A DNA stretch of 64,000 nt from an uncultured bacterium (GTDB taxonomy: Bacteria > Planctomycetota > UBA1135 > GCA-002686595). The notes under the pieces are model-generated. The model was not told the origin of the DNA. It did no database searches and worked only from the letters and a program-made list of their open reading frames with translations. This document shows positions 55,866-64,000 of this stretch, one piece after another. Location: assembly GCA_943787795.1 (NCBI GenBank), contig CALSNU010000001.1, positions 1,344,001 through 1,408,000 of the forward strand, given 5' to 3'. Both the position numbers and the translations under genes were made by a program. How positions within the stretch are numbered: the first letter of the stretch is position 1; every line of letters begins with the position of its first letter.

Positions 55866-56479
55866 AGCTCGCCGTCGCGGTAGATGCCGGTTCGTGCGGT
55901 GTCCACGGACTGACCGTCGGGCAGGAAGTAGGTGGTCGGACCGGTGAGCTCCCCGTCCACAAACGTGGCCTTGCGGAGCAGCGTCCCGTCGCTCCGCCGC
56001 GAGGTCCATTGGCCAGAGCGCCGGCCATCGGTGTACGTACCCGAATCCTGAGGGGCCCCGTTCGCGAAGAAGGTGTCCCAGCGCCCCGAGCGCTTGCCCG
56101 CCACGAAGCTGCCCTTCCCCCGGGCGCCGTCCTCGTAGGTCTGGATCCACGGTCCATCCTCGAGCCCCATCTTGTAGGACCCCTCCGAGATGACCTCGCC
56201 TCGCTCGTTCCTGAAGGTGAAGGGGCCGTGCTTGCGCCACTCCCCGTCCACGAATTCCTCCACGCCCTCGGCCGTCAGCACGTTGTTCTTTCCGCGCTGA
56301 CTCAGGGGGCGCTGCGTGCCCTCCTCGACGCTGGAGCCGAAGCAGCCAGGGAGCCCCGCGCAGGCGAGGACGGCGAGGAGGGCGGCGGCGCTCCTCGCCG
56401 CGAGCTCGCACCAGACGCCGAGCCAGCACCGCGGCGCCGGAGGAGCAGGGCGTGTGGGAGTTAGCCGCGGGTGAACCAT
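55835..56479 (-). CDS. MORN-variant repeat (YwqK-like) lipoprotein; start uncertain
   Basis: Repeated G.W..(F/Y)..G....G.(F/Y)..G units; lipobox-like LPGC. Confidence 0.7.
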   Translation of the reverse strand: MVHPRLTPTRPAPPAPRCWLGVWCELAARSAAALLAVLACAGLPGCFGSSVEEGTQRPLSQRGKNNVLTAEGVEEFVDGEWRKHGPFTFRNERGEVISEGSYKMGLEDGPWIQTYEDGARGKGSFVAGKRSGRWDTFFANGAPQDSGTYTDGRRSGQWTSRRSDGTLLRKATFVDGELTGPTTYFLPDGQSVDTARTGIYRDGELQAPSRKASR

Positions 56480-57483
56480 GGCATCAGGTGACGGCCAGGA
56501 CAGGCCGTCTCTTTCCAGGCCCTGTGGGGCCGGACATTGAGCCGCGGGATCCCGAGCTTCTGCTGGAGCTCGAGCACGAGGCGGTCGAGGCTCGCGATCG
56601 AGGCCCGGGAGGGCTGGTCCTCATCGAAGTTGCCCAGCAAGCAGATCCCGACGTTCCCGATGTTGTTCTGTCCGCCGGCGTGGGCGCCTTGCCAGGTGAG
56701 CTCGCGGCCCTCGATGACTCGCCCCGCAGGGTCGATCAAGAAGTGATAGCCGATGTCGCCCCAGCCCTTGCTGTCCATGTGGTCGCGTTGGATGCCGCGG
56801 ACGGTGTCGAATGACGCGGCGGCGGAGGTGTCCTCGGTGCGCACGACCGAGTGGTGCACGGTGATCCAGCGCCAGGGGGCGCTGGCCCGGCTGAGGTCCG
56901 CGCGGTTCGCGCGCCGCGCCCTCCAGGAAGGCCGGCGGATCAAACCGCCGACGTTGGCCACGGCGGCGGGGCCGCCGCCCGTGGGTTCGGTCCCGACCCG
57001 CTGGGCGCCGCTTCGCGCCCGTGTCCGCTGATCGGCGGTCGCGGTCGAGTCGCTGAGCACCCGCTCGAAGCCCGCGAGCGCCTCGCGTCGACGCAGGGCG
57101 AGGTAGGACGCTGGCGTATTCGGGTCACGGAGCTCTCCGGCGTAGGCCAGCCGGCCCTCGGCGATCTGAAGCTCCGCTTCCACGGCCCAGTATCCCCGAC
57201 GGTTGGGGCGGTCCGCGATCCAGCGCTCGATCTCGGTGAGCTTGCCCCAGGAGGTCGGGAGCATGGACCAGGTCGGGGCGGGCCCGGCCGAGGCCGGGAT
57301 CTGTTGGCTCCTCGCGCTCACGTCCGGGCTCTTCATGGGCGTGGAGCGACGGGTGACCCCGCCGCAGCCCGCGAGCATGAGCAGCGCAACCGCCAGGGCG
57401 CCCATGCGGCCCCCCGGTCCTCCCACTGCACGCCCACCAGGTGCGTTCACCGGGGCCTCGACCCCTGTGACGATTCCGCGCAT
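56461..57483 (-). CDS. N-acetylmuramoyl-L-alanine amidase (Amidase_2/PGRP-like) lipoprotein; start uncertain (57495/57483/57405)
   Basis: LAGC lipobox; ITVHHS, GWGDIGYHF, GAHAGG, GICLLGNF, PHR..TACPG. Confidence 0.88.
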   Translation of the reverse strand: MRGIVTGVEAPVNAPGGRAVGGPGGRMGALAVALLMLAGCGGVTRRSTPMKSPDVSARSQQIPASAGPAPTWSMLPTSWGKLTEIERWIADRPNRRGYWAVEAELQIAEGRLAYAGELRDPNTPASYLALRRREALAGFERVLSDSTATADQRTRARSGAQRVGTEPTGGGPAAVANVGGLIRRPSWRARRANRADLSRASAPWRWITVHHSVVRTEDTSAAASFDTVRGIQRDHMDSKGWGDIGYHFLIDPAGRVIEGRELTWQGAHAGGQNNIGNVGICLLGNFDEDQPSRASIASLDRLVLELQQKLGIPRLNVRPHRAWKETACPGRHLMPWFTRG

Positions 57484-57637
57484 TCGTCCCACCATGCCCC
57501 CTGGATAGCGGAGAGCGGGGGGCCAATTCAACGGATGGGGGCGGAACCTCGCGGACAAATGAAAGACGTTTGGCAGACGGGGCGGATCCGGCGGTCCCCG
57601 GGTTGGACGGCGCCCGGGAGCATGCGATCCTCTTTTC

Positions 57638-60600
57638 ATGCTCCGAAGCTCTCTCTTCTTCACGCGCTCACTGTGCCTCACGGCGCTTGTCGCAGCGTCC
57701 GCGCCCGCTTCGGCCGCCTCGGTTCGGTCCGCTCCCTGGATGCCCGCGGCTCCCCGGATGGCCGCGGCGTTGGCTGGATCGCCGGCCACTCCGCCGGCCA
57801 CTCCGCCGGCCACACTGCCGGCGACGGCCCAAGAGGATGTCGAAGACCTCGAGGCCCTCATCGCGGCCGAGCGGGCTGAGGCGGACTTGCTCCGCCGGCG
57901 TGGCCGGCTTACCGAGGCCCTCAAGGTCACCGACGAGCTGCTCGACGAGGACGAGGAGGACTCGCTGACCCTGGCGGTGCGCGGGCGCATTCGCCTCGAC
58001 CGGGGGGAGATCGGGCGCGCAGAGCGGACGGCCTCGGAGGCCCTGGAGCTGGCCGAGACGAACGAGGAGCGTGCCGCGGCGGGCCACGTGCTGGCGGAGG
58101 TCCTCCTCAGGACAGGACGGGCCTCTCAGGTGCTCTCGACCCTCGAGGAGGTCGCCGGGAACTCGTCCTTCCTGGCGCCGGGCGAGCGAGCGCAGGACGC
58201 CTGGCTGCTGGCCTCCCTGCGCGACGGGCTCGGGGATCGCGCGGGGGCCGAGCGCATGGCGCGCAGCGGGGCGGCCACCGACCCTGAGGCCTCGGATTGG
58301 CATGGGCTGCTGGCTCGCGCGAGGTGCCAGCGACGGGCGGGGATGCTGGAGGCAGCGTCCCGCACCCTGGTGGCGGCGGACCGCGCCTCGCGCATGGGCC
58401 CTGGCGAGGAGCCCGACGTGCTCGTCGAGCTCGCGGACCTGTACTTCGAGAGCGAGCGGGAGGTCGAGGCGCCCGGCAAGCGCTCCGCCGGCCGGCTGTA
58501 TCGCGACGCCCTTGAGATTCACCCGACCCACGAGCGGGCGCTGCTGGGGCAGTTTGCGCTGCACCGCTTCAATCGCCGGCGCATGAGCAAGTCACCGGAG
58601 TCGATCCTGGGAACGCTGCTGACGGCGATCCCGGACTCCATCGACGGACTTGTGGCGCGGGCCGCTTCCGACCTCGAGGACGGCAAGCTCGTGGAGGTGC
58701 GGGCATCCCTCGCCCGGCTCGACGAGCTCGCGCCAGGACGCCGCGATGTGCAGACCCTGCACGCCGCCTTGTCCTGGGTCGAGCATGACCGCGTGCGGAC
58801 GGCGGAGATCCTCGAGGGCCTCCTGCGGGACGCGCCCCTCGACGGCCGCCCAGAACGCGAGATCGGGGGCCACCTCAGCGAGCTCTACCGCTTCGCCGAG
58901 GCGGTCGACTTCCTCCGCGCGGCGGTGGAGCGGGACCCGGGGGACTACGAGGCCTGGACCCTGCTCGGAGAGTGCCTCGCGAACTCCGGTGATGAGAAGG
59001 GCGGGCTCGAAGCCCTGACTCGGGCCACGGAGGCCGCGCGGGGGCGTCGCGATGCGTACCGCCGAAATCTGACCCTCGTGCTGGAGCGCATGCAGCGGGC
59101 GTACGTCACCGAGTCGTACGGCTCCCTGAGCTTCTCCTGGCGACCCGACGCGGCCGAGGTGCTGCGCACGTATCTCGTGCCGTACTACCAGCAGGCTCGG
59201 GAGGAGCTGAGCAAGCGCTACGGCTTCACGCCTGGCGCGACGACGATCTCCGTCTTCCGGCGGCACCGGGACTTCTCCGTGCGATCGGTGGGCTTCGAGG
59301 GCTTCCCCGCGCTCGGGGTCTGCTTCGGCCCGGTGGTGACCGCGGTCTCTCCGCTCTCTCGCCTGCGGGGCAGCTTCTCCTGGGCGCGGACCGGCTTCCA
59401 CGAGTTCAGCCACGTGGTCCACCTCGGGCTCTCCAACAACCGTTGCCCGCGCTGGATCACCGAGGGGCTCGCCACGTGGGAGGAGATCGAGAAGAACCCG
59501 ACCTGGTCCCGCAACATGCGGCGCGACCTCCTGGACGCGAAGGCGAACGGGGATCTGATTCCCCTGCGCGAGCTCAACCGCGCCTTCAGGGGCCCCCGGA
59601 TTCTCTTCGGCTACTACCAGGGTGGGCTCCTTTGCGAGATGCTCATCGACGAGCACGGCTTCCCGCCCATGGTGGCGCTGCTGCGCGCGTTTGACCTCGG
59701 CGCGGACCTGGACCAGGCGTTCCGCTCGGTCTTTGACGTCACCCCCGAGGAGGTGGACGCGTCCTTCCTGCGCTTTGTCGACGGGAAGCTCGCTGGACTC
59801 CAGATCGAGCCTCGCTGGGCGGATCGAACCCTGCGCCGCCTCCAGCTTCGGATGGCCACCGTCCCGCCTGACGGGGCCCGCGAGCGCGCCCAATGGGCAG
59901 AGGACTGGACCACGGTCGCCTGGGGATCCCTCCAGCAGGGTCGGGCCATCGACGCGGAGCGTGCGCTCGAGGTGCTTGAGGAGGCTGGCGAAGACGGGCC
60001 GCGCATCCTGTTCCTGCTCGGGCAAATGGCCGTGTCTCGGGGCAGCATGGCCCGGGCGCGCCGGGTCTGGGAGCGCGCGGTCGAAGAGGGGGGCCGGGAG
60101 TACCGCTCGCTCCTCGCCCTCTCCCAGCTTCAGCTCGGCGGCGTCGGCGGTCCCCGGGACGCGGACGCGGCGGAGACGAGCCTGCGGCTCGCCATCGAGG
60201 CCTTCCCTGGCTTCGGCGAGGGCTCGGGCTCGGGGGAGAAGATGCTCGCGGAGCTGCTCCGTGTGAACGGTGACCCCGACGGCGCCATGGAGCTCATGGA
60301 GGAGTGGGCCCGCTGGAACGCGGGCGACTACGACGTCCGCATGGAGGTCGCCGCGTGGCACCTGGAGAACGACCGAGACGAGGCTGCCGTACGCCTCTTC
60401 GAGGAGGCCAACGAGGTGGACATGTTCCGCCGCGACCTGCACCTGTCCTGGGCCCAGGCCCTTGAGCGCCTCGGGCGCATGGATGAGGCCGCTCGGGAAT
60501 ACAGCGTGACCCTCGCCGTCCCCCCCGCGTTTGACCCCGACCACCTCACCTACGTTGGCCCACCGGGGAACCTCCCGCCCGGAGCGGACCCCTCGAACCT

Positions 60601-60775
60601 CCCCGCCGGGCTGCTCGGCCAGATCCCGGAGGAGCTCCTGGAGGCCACCGCCCTCACCACGGACGAGCAGCTGGAGATCCTGGACTCCGTGGTTCGCTGC
60701 GCCGAGGCCGCCGGCGACGAGGCGCGCGCGAAAGAGGCCATGGCGAGGGCGGACGAGCTGCGCTCCGGCGGCTGA
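57638..60775 (+). CDS. Secreted TPR-repeat protein with peptidase MA-like (gluzincin) domain
   Basis: Signal peptide, many TPR-like helices, HEFSH (HExxH) followed by PRWITEGLA. Confidence 0.8.
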   Translation: MLRSSLFFTRSLCLTALVAASAPASAASVRSAPWMPAAPRMAAALAGSPATPPATPPATLPATAQEDVEDLEALIAAERAEADLLRRRGRLTEALKVTDELLDEDEEDSLTLAVRGRIRLDRGEIGRAERTASEALELAETNEERAAAGHVLAEVLLRTGRASQVLSTLEEVAGNSSFLAPGERAQDAWLLASLRDGLGDRAGAERMARSGAATDPEASDWHGLLARARCQRRAGMLEAASRTLVAADRASRMGPGEEPDVLVELADLYFESEREVEAPGKRSAGRLYRDALEIHPTHERALLGQFALHRFNRRRMSKSPESILGTLLTAIPDSIDGLVARAASDLEDGKLVEVRASLARLDELAPGRRDVQTLHAALSWVEHDRVRTAEILEGLLRDAPLDGRPEREIGGHLSELYRFAEAVDFLRAAVERDPGDYEAWTLLGECLANSGDEKGGLEALTRATEAARGRRDAYRRNLTLVLERMQRAYVTESYGSLSFSWRPDAAEVLRTYLVPYYQQAREELSKRYGFTPGATTISVFRRHRDFSVRSVGFEGFPALGVCFGPVVTAVSPLSRLRGSFSWARTGFHEFSHVVHLGLSNNRCPRWITEGLATWEEIEKNPTWSRNMRRDLLDAKANGDLIPLRELNRAFRGPRILFGYYQGGLLCEMLIDEHGFPPMVALLRAFDLGADLDQAFRSVFDVTPEEVDASFLRFVDGKLAGLQIEPRWADRTLRRLQLRMATVPPDGARERAQWAEDWTTVAWGSLQQGRAIDAERALEVLEEAGEDGPRILFLLGQMAVSRGSMARARRVWERAVEEGGREYRSLLALSQLQLGGVGGPRDADAAETSLRLAIEAFPGFGEGSGSGEKMLAELLRVNGDPDGAMELMEEWARWNAGDYDVRMEVAAWHLENDRDEAAVRLFEEANEVDMFRRDLHLSWAQALERLGRMDEAAREYSVTLAVPPAFDPDHLTYVGPPGNLPPGADPSNLPAGLLGQIPEELLEATALTTDEQLEILDSVVRCAEAAGDEARAKEAMARADELRSGG

Positions 60776-60823
60776 TGCCGGCCCGTCCGGGACCCAGCCG
60801 CGTCCAGGGGCTAGGATCTGCCC

Positions 60824-61714
60824 ATGGCCGCCCCCGCTGATCCCGCCCCCAGGACTCCCCCCGGAGAGTCTCCCCGGGTTGGGGCTGATGCCCCCGGCGA
60901 GCGCTCTCGCGGGGCGCTGGATCCCGACTCCCTGCCTGCCCAGCCCTTCATCGCAGAGGCCATGCCCACCGACGCACGATCGCCCGAGGGCCCGTCCACC
61001 GATGCGCGGGCGAGTCACGATGAGGCTGCTCCGGCCAGCGCGGGCCGACCCCTGTTCGTGGTCCTCGATGGAGTGGACGGCTGCGGCAAGACCACCCAGG
61101 CCGCGCGCCTCGCGGCGTCGCTCGCGGCCCGCCGGGCGTCCGGGAGCGAGGGGTCCCTCCACCTCAGGGAGCCGGGGAGCACTCCGGCGGGGGAGCGAAT
61201 TCGCGAGCTTGTCCTCGAGCCTGACCTCGAACTCGGCCGGGGCTCGCTCGCCATGCTCTTCGCTGCGGCGCGCCGCGAAACCCTGGAGCAGCTCGTGGGA
61301 CCAGCCATGGCCGCGGGGCGCGACGTGGTCATCGAGCGTTTCCACGCCTCCACGTACGCCTACCAGGGCAGCTCCCAGCTGGAGGGAGGGGAGGCCGCCT
61401 CGCCGTTCAGCGACGACGATCTGCTCGCGCTGCTGCGCACCTGGTCCGGGACGCCGGTGCCGGACGTGGAGGTGATCTTGGAGCTCCCGCCGGCCGTGGC
61501 CTTCGAGCGGGCTTCCGCTCGGGATGGCGGCCCGCGCGACCGCTTCGAGGCGCGCGGGGTGAGCTTCCAGGAGGGCGTCTCAGCGGCCATGCGGGACTAC
61601 GCGAGCCGGGTGCCCAGCGCCGTGGTGGTGGACGGGACCGGAGACGAGGACGACGTCGCCGCGCGCGTCCTCGCGGCGGTGCTCGGCCACGCGGGAGGGC
61701 GGGCAGATGTCTGA
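60824..61714 (+). CDS. tmk: Thymidylate kinase (start may be ATG 60962)
   Basis: DGVDGCGKTTQ P-loop, REPG, LFAAARR, ERFHASTYAYQG, DRFE. Confidence 0.92.
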   Translation: MAAPADPAPRTPPGESPRVGADAPGERSRGALDPDSLPAQPFIAEAMPTDARSPEGPSTDARASHDEAAPASAGRPLFVVLDGVDGCGKTTQAARLAASLAARRASGSEGSLHLREPGSTPAGERIRELVLEPDLELGRGSLAMLFAAARRETLEQLVGPAMAAGRDVVIERFHASTYAYQGSSQLEGGEAASPFSDDDLLALLRTWSGTPVPDVEVILELPPAVAFERASARDGGPRDRFEARGVSFQEGVSAAMRDYASRVPSAVVVDGTGDEDDVAARVLAAVLGHAGGRADV

Positions 61715-62774
61715 CCTGGTCCGACCCCGCGGACACCAGGACGCCGTGACGGGCCTGGTCCAAAGCGCGCGTGAAGGGCGCCTGCCCCACGCGCTGCTGT
61801 TCACCGGCCCCGACGGCGTGGGCAAGTTCCGCGCGGGGTTGTGGTTCGCCGCGGCGCTGCTCTGCGAGGAGGCGGGGGACGCGCCATGCGGGGTCTGCGG
61901 CTCCTGCAAGCGAGCGCGGGCGGCCTCACACGCGGACCTGTTCCCCGTGGACGCCCGGGCCCACGATCAGGACGAGCTGACGGTCTTCTTCGTCGCGCAC
62001 CGCGAAGACCGGCCCTCCACCGCGTACCAGGGCGCGAGCATCGAGGACTTCCTCGGCCTCCGCGCGGCCGAGGGGAGGGGCAAGTTCGTCGTCATACGCG
62101 AGGCGCACCGCCTCAACGAGGTGGCCCAGAACGCGCTCCTCAAGATGCTCGAGGAACCGCGTGACGGCGTGCACTTCGTGCTGGAGACGGCGACGCCTGA
62201 CGCGCTGCTCGAGACGGTGCGCAGCCGCGTGGTGGAGGTCCGCCTGGACGGCCTGGATCGGGAGACCTGTGAGGCGGTGCTCTTCGAGGCCGGCGGGTTT
62301 GACCGCACGGATGCCGGGCAGATGGAGGAGGTCGCGGAGCTCGTCCGCCTCTCTGGCGGATCGCCAGGCGTGGCGCTCGAGCTGGGGGCGAGGCGGGCTC
62401 CCGAGCTCGCTCAACTTCTGGGCGCGGCCCTGACGGGGGAGCGTGCAGCCCACGACGTCGCCGCAGAGCTCTGGGATGTGGACGGCGACTTCCACGGCAA
62501 GACGGCCTTCGTCCGGCGCCGGGTGCGCGCGGAGACGATCCTCGACCTGGGCCTTGGGATCCTCGCGGACGCCGAGCGCTGCCTGGCCGGCGGCGACCCC
62601 GCGCCTCTTCGCCATGGCCCCGCGGCCGAGTCGCTTGCGGCCACTGCTGCCTTTGCTTCCACGCCGGCCCGACGCAGAATGGGGCGCGCGTGGCTCGAGG
62701 CCCGCGAGGACCTCCGGCTCAACCTCTCCCCCGAGGGCCTCGTGGACCGAGCTCTCGCCTCTCTGCCGCGCTGA
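61707..62774 (+). CDS. holB: DNA polymerase III subunit delta'
   Basis: PHALLFTGPDGVGK, C..CGVCGSC zinc module, AQNALLKMLEEP, LETVRSR; tmk-holB synteny. Confidence 0.92.
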   Translation: MSDLVRPRGHQDAVTGLVQSAREGRLPHALLFTGPDGVGKFRAGLWFAAALLCEEAGDAPCGVCGSCKRARAASHADLFPVDARAHDQDELTVFFVAHREDRPSTAYQGASIEDFLGLRAAEGRGKFVVIREAHRLNEVAQNALLKMLEEPRDGVHFVLETATPDALLETVRSRVVEVRLDGLDRETCEAVLFEAGGFDRTDAGQMEEVAELVRLSGGSPGVALELGARRAPELAQLLGAALTGERAAHDVAAELWDVDGDFHGKTAFVRRRVRAETILDLGLGILADAERCLAGGDPAPLRHGPAAESLAATAAFASTPARRRMGRAWLEAREDLRLNLSPEGLVDRALASLPR

Positions 62775-62782
62775 ACAACGTC

Positions 62783-63208
62783 ATGGATCCCTTACGCGAG
62801 TGCTGGAAGAAGGACCCTCGGTATCGCCTCGAGGCCTACAAGTTCCTCTTCGATGCCTTGGATAAGACCGTGCGGCTCGCAGGGAAGGACCAGGCGACCG
62901 AGGACGACAAGCACGTCTCCGGACAGCAGCTGTTGGACGGGATGAGGGTCCATGCCTCCCGCCTCTTCGGTCCGCTCGCCGCCCAGGTCTGGCGCACCTG
63001 GGGGGTGCGTAGCACGACGGACTGGGGGCGTATCGTCTTCAACCTCGTGGACAGCGAGCTGCTCCGCCGTCAGGAGTCGGACTCCATCGAGGACTTCCGC
63101 GACGGCTATGACTTTGAAGAGGTCTTCGTTCAGGCCTATCGCCCGGAGCTCCCGGTCGAGCTGGGCGCGCAGCCGCGCGGCCCGCTGGACGGTCCGGAGG
63201 CCAGCTGA
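62783..63208 (+). CDS. Minf_1886-family protein (PVC-associated)
   Basis: DPRY..EAYKFL..AL, HVSGQQLL, FGPLA..VW..WGV..T.DWG.IVFNLV, DSIEDF. Confidence 0.85.
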   Translation: MDPLRECWKKDPRYRLEAYKFLFDALDKTVRLAGKDQATEDDKHVSGQQLLDGMRVHASRLFGPLAAQVWRTWGVRSTTDWGRIVFNLVDSELLRRQESDSIEDFRDGYDFEEVFVQAYRPELPVELGAQPRGPLDGPEAS

Positions 63209-64000
63209 TGCTGGAGCGCCTCGACAAGAGCAAGCGGAACATCGGCCTGGCCGCCGTGGCGGCGCTGCTCGTCTGGGGCGGCTGGGCCGTCCGCAGCGTC
63301 CTGAACCCGCTCATCCTCGGGTACCTCTTCGCCTACATCCTGCGGCCGAGCGTCAAGGGGCTCGAGACTCGGGGGCTCGGCCGACGCTCGGCCGTCAACG
63401 TGATCTTCTCTGCCTTCGCGGTGGTGATGACCGTGACCGTGCTCGGGGTGGCCTTCCAGGCCCAGCAGGCCACGGAGCGGCTGATGGCGGCCTCAAGGTC
63501 GGGGCACGACCCCATCGCCGTGGCGGAGGCCCGCATCGACGAGGTGCTCGAGGGCGCCTCCGACTGGCTGCATGGAATGTTCGGCGAGGACGAGCCCGGA
63601 CCCGACGGGCCCCGGGACTCGGGCGGCGCTCCACCCAGCGGGTCGAACGCCGACCTCTCGGCGGAGGGCCCCACCCTCCGCAAGCTGCTCCGGTCGTGGT
63701 CCGCGGAGTTCACCGCCAAGGTCGGCGACGGGGGGTCCAGCGCGCTGGTCGTCTGGGTGCTGGCGGTCCTGAGCAGCCTCTTCGGCGGCGCCCTCAGCAT
63801 CTTCGCGTTCCTGACGCTACTGCCGGTCTACACCTACTTCCTGCTCTTCGAGCTGGAGCGCATCCACGGCTTCGTGCATGACCACCTCCCCAAGCGGGAG
63901 CGGGAGCGCGTCTCCCGGGTGGCGATGGCGATCGGCGCCGTGCTCGCGAACTTCTTCCGCGGGCGGCTGCTCATCTGCTTCCTGAAGGGGGCCGTGATCA
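63208..64000 (+). CDS. AI-2E family transporter (3' truncated by window edge; not in the ORF track)
   Basis: TGATG coupling; manual translation MLERLDKSKRNIG..VLNPLILGYLFAYILRP..PVYTYFLL..FFRGRLLI. Confidence 0.85.
   Translation, partial: MLERLDKSKRNIGLAAVAALLVWGGWAVRSVLNPLILGYLFAYILRPSVKGLETRGLGRRSAVNVIFSAFAVVMTVTVLGVAFQAQQATERLMAASRSGHDPIAVAEARIDEVLEGASDWLHGMFGEDEPGPDGPRDSGGAPPSGSNADLSAEGPTLRKLLRSWSAEFTAKVGDGGSSALVVWVLAVLSSLFGGALSIFAFLTLLPVYTYFLLFELERIHGFVHDHLPKRERERVSRVAMAIGAVLANFFRGRLLICFLKGAVI

Noticed and set aside
55835..56479. Toxin-antitoxin system (YwqK-like antitoxin)
   Set aside because: MORN-variant repeats are generic and no adjacent toxin is recognisable.
57780..57826. 12-bp coding repeat (PPAT) in the TPR protein, and similar short repeats at 5948 and 8351
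   Set aside because: In-frame low-complexity linker expansions with no sign of a separate function.
58592..61345. Long antisense or alternate-frame ORFs (also 846-3386, 38842-41073, 50258-52702 and many others)
   Set aside because: Shadow ORFs expected at high GC; they overlap well-supported genes and lack motifs.

Overview
GC-rich (roughly 70% by eye), gene-dense bacterial chromosome segment, very probably a planctomycete: it carries a PSCyt/DUF1549/DUF1553 + DUF1501 pair, a multiheme cytochrome-PA14 + beta-propeller pair and a Minf_1886-family gene. About 40 kb (8.6-48 kb) is a mosaic cell-surface glycan synthesis and tailoring region. It contains a WcaJ-type priming transferase, eight GT4 enzymes, two GT-C (ArnT/PMT-like) paralogs, two sulfatase-fold proteins with Thr instead of the formylglycine Cys/Ser, a B12-dependent radical SAM enzyme, a GNAT, a polysaccharide deacetylase, two SGNH proteins and a carbamoyltransferase operon. 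Housekeeping genes flank it (acs, truD, ftcD, htrA-like, tRNA-Val(GAC), ald, uppP, tmk, holB). The best candidate for an undescribed system is the SxtJ-like / carbamoyltransferase / SGNH-DUF5989 fusion operon. Its fusion protein ends in FIYTLF, matching the DltX-type tyrosine acyl-shuttle motif, although no MBOAT is present in the window. An unannotated 42-aa membrane peptide with the same P(-7)/Y(-4) tail lies head-to-head with a second SGNH gene. Three +1 homopolymer frameshifts cluster at 53.5-55.3 kb and are probably sequencing errors. I saw no mobile element or CRISPR array. All family assignments are by motif recognition, not database search.
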